Shown here: in pieces, positions 36,309-49,634 of the stretch
How the letters are laid out: every line of letters begins with the position of its first letter
Position numbering within the stretch: the first letter of the stretch is position 1
NCBI GenBank assembly: GCA_047495785.1
Contig: JBLDXI010000036.1
Span: 868,001-932,000 of the forward strand
Direction: 5' to 3'
Source: Lepidodermella squamata
Lineage: Eukaryota > Animalia > Gastrotricha
Length of the DNA: 64,000 nt
Made by a program: the position numbers and the translations under genes
The notes under the pieces: generated by a model
Seen by the model: the letters and a program-made list of their open reading frames with translations, nothing else
What the model was told of the DNA's origin: nothing
The model's database searches: none

Positions 36309-38955
36309 CTAGCCTACAATTGTAACCATTCTGCGATTGCTGTTAAGCATCTGAAAGCGAAAAGCTGAACTATGTATGAGACAAAATAGTTGTTGCGTAC
36401 CTTCATTGCGACTACGGGGATCAAATTAGCTGCCGTAAACGTCAAAGCGAAAGACGCTAGCAGAACCGGCATATACTCTGGTCGATTTGGCGGTTTCATG
36501 AACGCAAGTGCAATCCCAGCCGCAATAAGGGTAATTTTGCAGTAGACAAATTTTGACAAATTACGCATATCCTTGCCTCGAATAGATTGAATCAATCGCT
36601 GGAAAGACAAAACCAAGGTATCTTAAGGACCACATACAATTAAAAATAAACTACCTTGGACGTCTGCACTTTATACACCTGGATGCATATTCGTATGAGA
36701 AGACAAATTTGCAGAAGACTAGCAAGCGCTAGAAACAATGGGCTCACAGAATCGCTGAAAAATTGCTCAGAAAATTGGCATGAGTAGTAGTAAGGCCGAT
36801 AAAGGGTACTCGAATCGCTCCCATCCAAGTTAAGCCCGAAAACAATTGTTGACTCAAGTGGCTCCTTTCCTATGGCAACAGCCATCAGAAAGACCTGCTG
36901 AAGAGCCCAGAGATGTGGAAATAATGCCACTGAGTACATACGAAGTTTATAGGAGATTCTCCTCAACAACGGCAAGCTTCCATATTGATGAATTGAAGAC
37001 GGATTGAGGAGAAAAGGTGCCCTTCGCACAATCGTTGAATCCAGCGCTTTTTTGATTCTCAGCTTCATCGAAATTCCTGAAAGAACGAGAGAAATGCCAA
37101 CCACCATCAGAAAAGTGCCAACATTGCAGGTGATTGCGATCGTTTCATTTGTCAGCCCAACTGGCAAAAGGAAAACAAAGCCGAGAAGCCACAGATCTCC
37201 CAGCAAAATTGCGTAATCCCCACTGTTGAATTTGAGATTCCCAAATCGGTCTGTTTTACCCCGACGTTTCAAGTAAACTATAAGCAAAACTGTCAGTATG
37301 AAAGAAAACAGCGCCGCGGATAAGCACAGGATAATGCAACTCGTCGATGTTGGAATCATGGGAACTTTCACGTCAATTTTTCTGATTTTATCAGGCGGGG
37401 GTTGACCATCTTGAGTCCCCCAAGCCAAGTCAATGATTTTAATAGGATTCCTATCATTCTGCTTGAGATACGCCGCTGTTGTGAATCCGGTATTGTTCGC
37501 AAAGGTTCGCGTGAAGGTAATTGGAACGTATCCTTTGGTCAAGTTGGTTTCGCGATTAATACCATACTCACCCTTCAAGCCGGTGACATTGAGCCTATAC
37601 GAAGCTTCTTTGATTGATTCAACAATCTCGTTACCTCTAGTTCTGAAATTCTGGCCTGAAGTTACCCAATCGATCAACGTCTCGTTTCTCTCGTTTAGGA
37701 CGTGCTCTGTCTCTTGTAGAAGGTATCCCACCGTTAGGGCTCTGTCGTAGCATATAACAGGCCAATACTCCCAGTTGGGATGTGTTTCAGGTTGATCGAT
37801 CCTTTCTTTCAACTTCTCCCGCATCGCCACTTCAGATAGGCCAGTCGAATCAGTAGTTTCAGGACCAAGTATTTGACCAAGACTTGTGTCACCGTAATAA
37901 ATGAAACTAGGGGAAACTTGAAGAACGATTTCCTCATTGCACCAATCCACGTTCTCGGGGTACATCGGAACGCCCGGGTAAAGCCATGGGAACCAGGAAA
38001 GACTGAATACGGCATATTGAGGGCCGTACATTTCCATCATGTACAGCCAACACGCTACAGCCGTGGGGACTCCTGATAGGGATATGATAATTCTGGCTTC
38101 TGACTGCTTCAGTGCGGTAAACTCGTTTCTCACTTCTGGTATATCCTCGTATGATATTTCAATTTTTCCAAAGTACACTATGGAGATGTTCTCATGTTCC
38201 AAGGCCATCAAAAGACCCGGGTCCATCTGAAAAACGAGTTTAGAATTTAGAATTTAGTTTATTAATTTGGATATTGTTCACCATATTCGCATAGTGGAGA
38301 AGATCTGATACGATCGCAACTCTCTTCCAGCCGATTTTTGAGATGAATTTGGCAAGAGCTATGTATTGAATGTCCCCTCGCTGGCCGAAGTTCAGGTAAT
38401 TAGGAAATCTTTGCCTCTCGAGATACATTCTGTTCGTCCCTTGAGCGAGAGTCATCTGAAAAAGGTGGCGAAATCATTTTCCATCACTGCTAAGGATCAT
38501 GATTCAAAACTCACGCCGAAGAAATTGAACTGTTTAACTAAAGATGCGGACATCAACTGCCCGACTTGCTCTTCGCATTCTGGCGCAACAATAATCGGGA
38601 GAAGAAAGTCCTCTAGTTCGCTGGACCTCATTCTCCGCGTGAAACTGCTTATAGCCGTAGCATCGAGGCATTCATCGTCGATAAGGTCAAGGATGAGCTC
38701 ATATTTCGGGAGCCAGGTGGCATCTGACCTAAGTTGGTCAAGCGCAACACCTTCCGCTTCAGTGCACGGAGGTCCCGTTGGTAGAATTCCACTGTAAGAA
38801 AGCGACATAATGAGATGGATTTTCGTTCGGTTTGCTGTGAAATTTTGCTGGCCATACGATGCCTCAAAGTCAGGTATGGATGAATTTAGGGCTAGTTTAG
38901 CCACAACATCGAAGGTACCAAGAAGTACTATGAGTGAAATTTTGCAATAATTCAT
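36309..38955 (-). CDS. Second GABA-B-like class C GPCR; exons 38955-38515, 38455-38282, 38226-36655, 36598-36401, 36350-36309
   Basis: WLPKYELILDLIDDEC; RQRFPNY; IGWKRVAIV; LKQSEARIII; MYGPQYA; WGTQDGQPPPD; TM bundle; all introns GT-AG phase 0. Confidence 0.85.
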
Positions 38956-39456
38956 TCTGCGATGTGCACTGATATTTAAAAGCTAACGCGAGAAGTCTCA
39001 GGTGGCTATTGAGCTTATGTAGGTAAGAATTTCCAGCCTTATTAAGACATCAGACATCAGAGACATCAGAGATCTAGGAAAGTTAGCTAGCTTCATGGCA
39101 TTCTGAGAAACATGTGGCGCCAGTTTGTTGAGCGACTCGTTGCTAGCTCGATTAATGCTAGCTTAAGATAATCCGACATAGTTCAAATTCGGCGCTGTAT
39201 GATTGTCTCCGAGGAGTTAAGTTTCTAATTAAAAGCGAAAAGCAAGAAGACCATCTCGTCTTTCCTCAGTCTTTAAGACTGTCTGGCTATTCTTGAATGT
39301 CGCCTAATTTGCAGATTGTCATCACACCTAATTTACGAAAATTCCCTGTGTCAATTCTGCTGCTTTTCAAAGATTCCAGAAATAAAATTCGCTGAAACCT
39401 GAAAAATGCAGGCTTTAATTGTGGATAATGAATACGAATACAACAGTTAGAAACAT

Positions 39457-41790
39457 TTTATTTATTTATTTATTTATTTATTTATTACGAGCATATGTCC
39501 CAAAGTTGAGAGCTCAACAACAAAAGATGTCATACCGCATACAAAAGTAACAAAAAATCAGGTCCAATCAGTCCATTTCAAAGTCCGCAGGTACATGAGT
39601 ATAAAAATAAAGTACGGATGATAATTTTTTGCCTCGCATTTTTTTAATAACTTCGTAACCATGAGGAATTTTTTGGAGCGGGTTTCACCGGTCGATAGAT
39701 CTAGTCTGTTGTAAACTTTCCTAAAATTCTCGTCCAATTGCGATACAATTTGAGAAATTGGTGACGAAAATGCTTCTTTTGATTTTTGGTGAAAAAGTCA
39801 ATTTTTGAAAAATGCTATTTTGCATCAGATATGACTTTTGGCAATAATTTGCCTTGTCAGAGTGGTCAGATTTAGTCAAGAGGTGGTCAGCTGTTCATCC
39901 ATGACGCCGATTTCCACAAAAATCAACAGTTGCACAACCAGAAGCTTCCAGCTTTGCAAATTTGGTGCAGTCCCCCCAAAATGTCAAAATTCATTTGGAT
40001 CTCATTTCGTTATTGAGAGACGTTTCTGTCCGGTCCAAAGTGAAAATCTCGGTTAACGGGGCGGTACTGACATCACTCCCTGCTAAGAATATGGTCCAAT
40101 TTAGCTTTACCACAGGAAAATGACAAAAAACGCTAAAACCAGGGATTTTCCTACCCGCTTCAGCCACTTGGCGACAGTATCTGGCTCGCCTTATTTTGCG
40201 CCGATGACGTTGGTCGCTACGCAGTTTCTCGCGAGATGAGAGTAGTAAGTCCAAATCTCTATCGCCATTTTCTTTTGCAATAGATTTTTTCGATTGGGCC
40301 TTTTTTCTATTTGGCACTGTTTCATTAATAGTTTCAACAACAGCTTTGTTAAACCTATCGGTGAGTTGTTCGGCATTCTCATTTGTCGGAAATGGATACC
40401 CCAACTTAGTCCGAAGCGAATCCACAAATCGATAAACGTTCATTTTGCTAAAATCTTTTCCAAACGATTTTGGGGCTGTTTCATGAGCCGGAGGCTTTTC
40501 GGCGCTCATAACCAATGTTATTCCTCGGTGGTCACTGATACCCTCGGTAGCCCCTGTGAGAACTACTCTTTTCGGTGAGTAGGACGTACAAAAATAATCA
40601 AGCATGGTGTTCGAAGCCGGTCTAGTAATTATTCTCCTAAATGACAGGTCTAAGCCCAAACTATTGAGCAGATCGGTGAAATTTTTCTCATTTTCAGAAT
40701 TCATCAAGTTGAGGTTGAAATCTCCCCCAATGACGTAGTTTTGTGCGGACGGAAATCGTGCCTTAATTTTGGTGAAAAGTTCATGTATCAAAAAGAAGTC
40801 ATCGTCGGTCGGATCTGTAAATTTTGGCCTGTAAATACAAGTGAACGCTGTAGCGCCGCCTTGCTCATTTTTAACTAGGCAGGTGATATTTTCGATATAG
40901 TCACATGGAATTGTAGCTTCTTCAATTACGGTGTAAGATGAATCTACCAGAATACCTACCCCGCCACCTACATTGTGATTGATGTTGTCGGAATTAGGAG
41001 GTCTAAGACTCCAGTGGCACTTGTGAGATGGAAAATTAGATTCGATGTCGCTTGTTACAGCGCTAATGCGACCTTTAGCTGGATCACTAATATCTGGCAA
41101 GTTAACTTCAGAAAAGAACAGAATATCAGGCCTAATCACATCCAGAAAAGAGAACATGGCAGCAATTTTGCTTCGAAGACCTCGCAAATTGAAATGTTGA
41201 ACACAGAAATAATGAGAATCTTGAGTGCGAGTAAATTTTGTAATATCGGAAAAAGGAATGATAGTGTCACATGGGCCGGGGTTTAGACTAATATCCCCGC
41301 TCCGGAGAAGCAGTAGCAAAAATACAAAAATAAAGTTTTTACGCGAGACATTTTGTTTGGTACTCTTGAACGGGTCGATCGGGGCAGCCGTGAAAAAGAT
41401 TAGCAGGTCTTGTCCGTGAGGTTGAGCTGTCCTGGCTATCACGACCAGTGGGTGTGGCGGATCGTTTAGTGCGCCATGTGACGCCGTTTCGGAAGGCGCG
41501 TGGACGTGGTAGCTCGGTTGCAGACGGTCGCGTGTCGTTAGCTTGTTGATAAACAACAAAGGTGACGTAATCGTAGTGAAATTTGAATTTGCTACGATCT
41601 TTGTTGTCCCCGTTTCTAGGACAACCAGGTTGCTCGACCAGCTCTGGAGTAGGGCTGTCGACACAAGAGCCAGGCCAAGCACTGCCGAACGAAAAGACGG
41701 CTCGCCAATCAGCGTATTGACAGGCGATTTAATCGTCATTAGATTGCAGTGGTGAAGTTGTAATAATCTGGGAATACGCTCCACACTTTT
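39457..41790 (-). mobile_element. L2/CR1-group LINE remnant: APE endonuclease with 2A-like leader, no RT domain, (TAAA)n tail
   Basis: HFNLRGL, PDILFFSE, GGGVGI, CIYRP, GGDFN, TRP..TMLD, SDH; no YADD/RT motifs; (TTTA)n at 39457-39486. Whether the tail belongs to the same insertion is uncertain. Confidence 0.75.
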
Positions 41791-41817
41791 TAACGGTTTC
41801 CGAAAGCAGTTTTATCA

Positions 41818-42090
41818 TTACAAGTTGGGGCAAGGTTTTGTGTTGACGACTTTTCCGTTGCAGCAGGACTGCCAGATAACATTGAAAGCTTTTGTCCCGC
41901 AGCAAACGCAGAAGGCATTCGAAGACTGGCCGTTGATAAGTCCATCGCAACAGATGTATTGATTCAGATTAAATGCAACGCCGTTGCAAAGTGGCTCAGC
42001 TCTACTTGCTACAGCAATCTGCATAGAGAAACGCGACCAGGGTAGGTTGCAGTTAGTAAAGTACGGACAATATTTGTTTCGCCTCGCATT
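41818..42090 (-). CDS. Small galaxin/usherin-like dicysteine-repeat peptide; 5' end uncertain or frameshifted
   Basis: LCNGVAFNLNQYICCDG...CVCCGTKAFNVIWQSCCNGKV; the upstream ATG (~42089) is not in frame. Confidence 0.55.
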   Translation of the reverse strand, partial: NARRNKYCPYFTNCNLPWSRFSMQIAVASRAEPLCNGVAFNLNQYICCDGLINGQSSNAFCVCCGTKAFNVIWQSCCNGKVVNTKPCPNL

Positions 42091-42657
42091 TTTTCAATAT
42101 ACTTAAGTGACCATGAGGAAGTTTTTGAAGCGGTGTTTGCCATTCGATAGATCTAGTGTTCGGTAAACTTCCTGGTAATTCTCGTTAGAGTCAGATTCGA
42201 GCGGATTGGTTAAAAATGCTTGCGATTTTGACAGAAACTTCCCTTGGATTCACCCTCCAAGGCTTGAAAGAGCAAGTTGCGTTCTTAACTTCCATTGCAC
42301 TATGTCCTGAAGACCCATCTACAGCTGAATTTTTGGTTTGTGATGTTTCAAATTCGACCTCGCCATCAGGTGGAGTGCTAGTGTTGTTACCTTCAAGGTT
42401 GATTTTCCCTAACGTTTCGTTCGTTTCGTTCGTTGATCCCCAAAACCGCTGGAATTGTCCTGCTGAACGAGTTCATCTTAGCTCTATCAGGTATTGCAGC
42501 TGTTATGGGCTATGGGCTAATTTAGTTTATTAGCCTAAAACATAGCTTAGCAAGAAATTTGACTAGAAGATCTGCTGTGGAATGACATTCAATTTCTCGA
42601 CGGTAAAATGTTACTCTTGTCGCTGATTGGTTTTGCTTACATATTTAGTTGGTTTTC

Positions 42658-42997
42658 TTCAGCGCCTCACTCGGGCCGTCGGGCTCGGGCCGGAACTTGG
42701 TAAAATTGTCGGGGGCGTTGGTTGTAGGATGACCCAAGCCTGGCGACCCAGTTCCAGAGGCCCGAGCCCGGCGGCCCGAGTGAGGCGCTGAACAACAGCT
42801 CTGTTTCCTATTGTTCTCCGCCGTGCTCGGGCTGGCACCTTTTGGAGGCCCGTGTGCGGTGCAGCGTGATACGATGAAATTCGTTAAATTTGCATTAAAC
42901 GTCGCATACGGGCGCATTTCAGACCGGCCCGAGCGTGGAGTGGTAAAGTGCCGTTACCCGACCGCGTACGGGCCGAATTCGGGCTCGGGCCCCAACA
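42658..42997. repeat. GC-rich MITE-like inverted repeats with CGGGCTCGGGCC motifs
   Basis: ttcagcgcctcactcgggcc...ggcccgagtgaggcgctgaa (42658-42793), followed by a related segment. Confidence 0.7.
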
Positions 42998-43151
42998 TAT
43001 CGATCATAAATCATAATATTTATTCGATATATCGGTGTTACACTTAACTCTCAACACTTAATACTCGCAATCTCCATAAGTAAACACATTCATACAAGTT
43101 TAGTCAGATTTTGAAATTCTCTTCAAGGGACATGGATGACAATGGCCGATT

Positions 43152-46100
43152 TCAGAGCAGTTCAGGAATTGCAAAAGCAGCACAATAAACTTCAAGAACT
43201 CGCTGTGTTTCGAAGGAAATGGAATTAGCCGAGAAAATGTTCAGGCAAGCCATGCTTCCCATCAACGGCTCGACGGGCGTAGCCCAAGATCTGTGAACAA
43301 ATCGAATGAATATTGAATATTTTGATTATTTCTGGAATATATATACCCCGCCAAGTGGAATGAATTGGATGTGGCAAAGGGAGAGAGCGTCGGATAATCC
43401 GATGCGTAAGATTCTGCTGTACAGCTAATGAACGCTTTTCCTCCATCGGCGTCGTAGCCAATTTTAAGATGATGCCACGCGGCTCCACTCAATCCGGAAC
43501 AGCCAAATGATGTATCGGTCGACCCATCACCATACGGCCTGATCGTGAATGTTTGATTAATATCGGTCGTAATTCTGAGACCAGGCTTCGACCCATCGGG
43601 AGCGAATTCTAAGATTGTGCCTTTCTGCTTAGCCGACGCAGCGAACAATGTCATCGTGAAGCCAGCATTTAGCTTGAACTTTTCAGCAGTCACAGCGATA
43701 GGATTGGTTGAGTTGTAATAAAAGGCCGTGCCAGGCCGGCCAAACGGACCAGTTACTTTCTGAAGAGCGATGTTTGATGTCGTGAAATCAGCTTTGGGAT
43801 CGATAAGGTCATTCAGATCGGAAACCAAAGGCCAGCTGGCAATCAGCCCGGGTAATCGCGATCTTATCACGTCCATGGTCAAAATCTTTCCGAGCTGAAT
43901 TTGAAGGCACTTCTTGCGCAGTATCCACAGTTGGTCGAGGGACATGGCGTGTCTGTGAAGCGAGAAACACGCCTGCCGTCCATTGAAAGTGAAGTTTCCG
44001 CCCAAATCTCCACCGAGTCTTATTTTCGAGCTAACCTTCGGTCTGATTCCGGTTAACGGCACCTCTTGGACAAAGTTATCATCTACGACCAGCACCTTCT
44101 CGGTATCGAAGTTGTAAGATATAGCGACGAAGGACCAAAACCGATCCACATTCGCCACCACACCTTGCAGATCATGATCGATATCCGGATCTGTAGAGAA
44201 AAAATGTTCTCCTTACAGTAATTACTAAGATTAGACAACCAAAAGGAGCATGTATTCGATGTAAAACGTACCTGTTCTGAGTCGTAAAGTGTCATCTGCT
44301 CCGCTAATTCCAACGCCTGTAAGATCTCGTGCGTCGTAGAACCCGAAAATTCTTTGCAAGCTGCTGAAAGCCAAGGGAAAGAAAACGTATTCAGCAAGTG
44401 TGAAGGACGAATTTTCGACATTGATCAAGGGGTTTTCCAAGAGCACGAATCCAGCTGCTGAATCAATAGAAAGCGCTGAGCTGCTGTAGGGACCGCTGCC
44501 GAATGACATAGATGAGCCGGAGTAATTCCCATTGATGCCGTTTCCACTGATGTCACTCGTACCGAATTCCTGGCTGAGAGGCAGGTAAAGTGTTTCGAAT
44601 GGCAGCCCGAAGGGAGTCTCTGTGTCGAAAATACGAATTATTTTTAACACAGAAAGCAGGGAAAACAAAGCTAGCTTACGCTTATCACACAGCTCTGCAC
44701 TTTTGAACATCGATGTTGAAGTCTGAACATGAAAATTAGCTGTGGAGGAACGTTAGCTTTTGTTTCAGGGCTCACCCAGTTTTGAGGGCAGTCGCTTGCT
44801 ACTGGAACGCATTTCGCCGCCATAAGAAGGGCAAACGTGCAGAGCTTATGCTAAGTATACAACAGACAAATTGTAATAAATCGGCAGATGTAAAAATACC
44901 CCTGGCTTGCATAACAAGTCGGTCTGGAAATCGTACGATCTCTCTTATTCTAGTGTAGCTTTCGTTTAGCCTACTAATTCTAACAAATACCGTGAATTCA
45001 TCAGTGGCTTCCATCTTGCAGGCGCCGTGATTTTCTTTGAACGACGTCGAGTTGCCATAGACTTTAACCTGTCACAATGAGTCCTTGTTGCGAATTAAAC
45101 GGTTGTCGAGGCGCCTAACTTACCCGGTTGCCACTCGGAAAAACTCCATAGCACTGCTTGCCCTTGCTTGTGTCACATAGAACGGCTCTCTATTGGGGTA
45201 GAAAAATAATATTAAAAAAATTAATTGGGAAATTTTTTAGTATAATATGTTGAAACAAATTAAGAAATTGCCATCAAAATTCTATTGGTGCAGTCGAAAG
45301 CTGAATAATAGTTTACCCCTTTCAAGCAGTTTTCCCTGTTGCTGAAAGTAGCTGATGATAATTCCCGGGTTTCAGCCCCAGCCTGGCAGCCAGTTGTCTC
45401 GAGACGGCAATCGATGAAGCTCCCGTTCGATGAGCTGAAGCACCTAACATGCGGCTTCTCGCTGTCCGGAACTTGAACTGTTACCATTCAATTAAACAAG
45501 TTCGACATTAAATGATCAAAAATAAAAAATGATGGAAAACTCACGCGAAGTTCCCGAGATGCATAGGCCGAGGTTGTCATAAGGGCTGCCACTTGACGCG
45601 AGCTATAGCGGAAACATAATCATCGAAAATGCACACTAATAACTTCGAACCCAGTTCTCGGGGCAGGCGAAGTTGACTGGGACACAAGTTTTCAACACTC
45701 CGTTGTCCGTGCATCGTTTAAAAGCTTGATTCTAACAATTTCTAAACGTTGAAAAGTAAAGGTAGCGAATAACGAAACATTTACCGCGAATTTATATCTC
45801 GCGCTGTTACAAGCGGCCAAGCTGTCTTTAATTGCTATGTTCTTGTACCAATCAAACTGGAATTAGAAAAGTTAAAATAAATCGAACGGCGAGCAGTGAA
45901 TTTACCTCGATTTCTCTGTCCGCAGCTGGCTCGTCACTCAATTGACACTTGCCAAGGCCGGGATTGCACCGTGGTGTTAGGGCGCCGTATTTGTAGCACA
46001 TTTTAGCATTCTGTTATCGATAACAAATTGTAGCAACAAGAGACGAGATATTCAATATTCAATTATCTCATACCCCTAATCGGCAGGTTTGTAGATCTGG

Positions 46101-46681
46101 GAACAGAGGTCCCCACTAAGGAAAACAACTGAAATTTAACAATGGAATTGCAAGAAATCAAATAAGATTTTTCAACGGAAAACATGTTTTAGCAAATAAA
46201 TTAAAAAATTTGAGGAGTCTGAATTTTAAAATCATGTATAATTTTAATTTTCGCGCAAAATTTGAATTAATAGAAATCTTCGATATACTTATGAAATATA
46301 ATTTTTCATGAATTAGGATGATTTAGGATTGAAATGGAATTGGATTTTCAACTAGAAAAAACAAGGACAATTTAGCAAATAAATTGAAAATTGGATTAAA
46401 AACTTCCTAAATCCTGAGAGCCTGTAATTTGAAATTATTTACAATTTTAATTACAGAAGAATTTCGAATTAAAAGGTCAATTGACGTAATACTTCGATTT
46501 ATCGAATAAAATTATTCAGAAATACCTGATACTCGGTGATAGGATCACAGGTGGGGTTGTTATCACGACATGAAGTGAATGCGTTGTTGGTCACTTGGAA
46601 GCATCGTTTGAATATTTGACCTGTTACCCGGCTGATAGTCGTTAATGAAGCAACGAAAATTATTAAAATAAAGCTTCTCAT
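43152..46681 (-). CDS. Secreted Cys-rich-module + 2x LamG/ConA-like protein, copy A (~14 small exons)
   Basis: Signal MRSFILIIFVASL...; Cys modules; LYLPLSQEFGTSDISGNG, GPY, SFT, WSFVAISY, GRQACFSLHRHA, LIASWPL, GPFG; canonical splice sites. Confidence 0.85.
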
Positions 46682-47737
46682 TTCTATTTTTCCATTGAAA
46701 GAAAATAAAATTGTTAATGACAGGGAGGCTTGTAAATTTTACTGAAATCACTCTTTTACGACTGGCTCGTGGCTCGTGCTATAAAATAACATCACATGAC
46801 AGAAAAAATCCAAAACAGCACCACATGGCAAAAAACAAATGTTCGATTCATGTTCGATTTAACCCGGACAAGCGAAATCACACAAGCAGGCGAAATCACT
46901 TTTCGATCGATTCGGCCTCTAGAAAAATAGCAATGATTTTGGAATTTGGAACGAATGGGAACGATTGATCAGAGTAAGATTTTCTGTGGCAGAGCATTAA
47001 TCACCTCAAAACTCAAAGCATCTTTAATTGTTCGCAATTCACACCTCGAATAAGTGTTTTAGCACTAGTTTTTGCACACACACATTGGTAAAGGCTGTAA
47101 ATTGTAACACGTAAACGATTCGATCATTGCTGAAATATCAGATTGGCGGTTCCAATAAAAGCAATTATCAAACCTAAAATTATCGCCTTGTAGGAACATC
47201 ATATATCCAATTTTTTCGCAGTATTTAATCGTGAACTTTAATCGCGCGAATTAGAAAAAAAGTGCCTTCGAAAAACCAAAATTTCGACGTTTTTCATTCG
47301 CAAACTCGGCGGATATCGTGCGGATATCAATTTACTCCTTGTGCCTCGATCTTTGCCATAGCCATGCCATTTCATCCCATTAAAATATAAGGTGGATAGC
47401 TCATTTTCACTGTGCTACCGGTCGCTGTAGTGTTCGCATTTCTGTAAGGTACTTTGCGATGAAAAATGTCGACATGGTGAACAATAGAGCGAGAAAAGCT
47501 CAATGTGACGCATGCAATGGGACGGAAAAATATAAAATGACCGATTTTAAGAAATTGGCTTCAAAAAAATAGAAAATTTGCGTGTTAAATAATTCCAGCA
47601 ATATTGTTTATTCCATAAATCGGCTGTAAATATCATAAAAATATGTAAAGTTCAACGTCATTATATACAATACGAACATAAATAGACACAAATAACATTT
47701 TATTCCGATAATGAATTATCTTCACAGGACATTAGTC

Positions 47738-47876
47738 TCACAGCAGTTCGGGAATCGCCAAAGCAGCACAATAAATGTGTGCAATTCGTTATTTCGAAGG
47801 AAATAACAGCAACTGAAAAAACGTTGAGACAAGGAATGCTTCCCATCAACGGCTCGACTGGACTCGACTGGAGATC
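47738..47876 (-). pseudogene. Orphan last exon of a LamG-family copy
   Basis: PVEPLMGSIPCLNVFS with an internal deletion; the 3' UTR resembles other copies; no upstream exons. Confidence 0.75.
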
Positions 47877-48646
47877 TGTGCACAAGTATATACACAAGTA
47901 TATACTAAGTTGTGAATCTGATTTTCCCTAACGTTGCACTATTTTTGCAACTTTCGTCATTCTTGTTCCCGGTTGGAATAAGGCCGTCAAGTTCAAAACG
48001 CCTCAAGTTTTCTATTGCTATTTTGCTAGCAATTTTGCTAGCTTTATCCAAAGGAAACTGCGAAAAGTGTTCTGCTAACCGAGTTCATCTTAGCTCTGTC
48101 AGCAATTGCGGCTGTTATCTCGATCTATCAACTATGGGCTAATTTGGTCCATGAGCCTAAAACACGGCTTAGCAAGAAATTTGAAGAGAAAATCTACTGG
48201 GGCCCGTTCCTCTTATCGCTGATTGGTTTTGCTTTGATTTGGTTGGGAATTCTTTTGTCGAATGTTGTTGTCTACTAAAAATTCCAAGTACGCTTTCGTC
48301 CCTTAATCTGAGCAATAGAAAAGGAAGTATTCTTTCATATATTAACTTTCTCGAGAAAGGGCGTGCTTTTTGTGAATTATACTCTAACGAGGATTTCATA
48401 GTTCAAAGGCTTCAAAAGGTTTCAAAGATTGTAAAGGTCCCATATTAAAATTTACCCCCTGGACCTCTCGAGCTGGATGTCCTGTATTCACCCGTCCCCC
48501 TTTACTTCCTATACTATGAAATTTCTACTTCCCATGAAACAAGCCAACTGGAATTGGTTAAAATAAACTTTATTGGTAGCATATTTCAATTTCAATTACG
48601 ATAACACCAAAGCTTATATTAGCCATCAGAAAGTTATAGGAATTTT

Positions 48647-49093
48647 TCAAGGCCTGTCCATGCGATCAGCAAAGCATTCGCACTCAGGCTTCGAAGACCA
48701 GGCCTCCTCGGCCGAAGTAAAGTGGTGCGGCAGCTTCATGCCATCGCACATATCAATGCAGACCTGCTCGTTCTCAACAACGCTAAACTTGTACTTGCGA
48801 GTGTCGTACTGGCTGCAGGCACAAGCGCGGACTGGGCCATGGAACTTAGAGAAGGGATAGAAAGCTTCGATGCAGTATGCGTCGCATTCCTGCTCGTTTT
48901 CGGCGACATCTTCGAAAATCATAGGCTTCAACCATTCAGCGCCATCATCAGGGTTGTCCTCGCCGAAACTTTCCAGCCAATAGGCCTGGAAGGCTTCGGT
49001 ACCTTCCTCGAGGGGCGCGCCATTATCGCCAGGGATAATTTTGGCCCATGCTACGGCTAAAACGGCGAAAAAAACGAGGATAGCGGAGTTCAT
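48647..49093 (-). CDS. Intronless small secreted acidic protein with two CxxxC...CxC modules (148 aa)
   Basis: Signal MNSAILVFFAVLAVAWA; VAENEQECDAYC...ACAC and VVENEQVCIDMC...ECEC; TATA upstream; AATAAA downstream (~48570). Confidence 0.85.
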   Translation of the reverse strand: MNSAILVFFAVLAVAWAKIIPGDNGAPLEEGTEAFQAYWLESFGEDNPDDGAEWLKPMIFEDVAENEQECDAYCIEAFYPFSKFHGPVRACACSQYDTRKYKFSVVENEQVCIDMCDGMKLPHHFTSAEEAWSSKPECECFADRMDRP

Positions 49094-49144
49094 CACTAAT
49101 TCTGGCTATCGAGAATATTTTACATTGTGGGCCTATTTTCCGGC

Positions 49145-49154
49145 TATTTATATT
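49145..49154 (-). promoter_or_regulatory. TATA box of the small secreted protein gene
   Basis: TATAAATA on the - strand ~55 bp upstream of the ATG. Confidence 0.6.
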
Positions 49155-49634
49155 TGAAATTGTGCGTGGGTGCATGGTGTCGCGAATTTTTTCCATGAGA
49201 TTTCAGCTGTTCGTAGCGAAACTGATAACAGCTAGGGAGAAAAATCTCGAATTAACCGACATTTTTTGTTTAAACACCTATGCAAAAGAATAACGCGAGG
49301 GAAGCCGGTATTAGGAACTACCATGAATGCCGAGTGCTCACAAAATTGCACTTGAACTGCGAATGTCTCCTAAAGTGAATCCGGGAAGATCCGGTTGAGC
49401 AGTGACTCAAAATAATTTTTCTAAAATAAAGCTCTTCAACAAGAAAAGGAAGAAGTTTCCCTCAAATAACTGCCTATTTATTTATTCGATAAATCGGGGT
49501 TACATGTCAAATCAGCTCACATTATTCTCACATTAGCTCATATCATCACATTATTATATATAAATAAACACATGAATAACATTTTAGTCAAATCTCAAAT
49601 TTTCTTCACATGGCCTTGAGGATGATGACCGATC

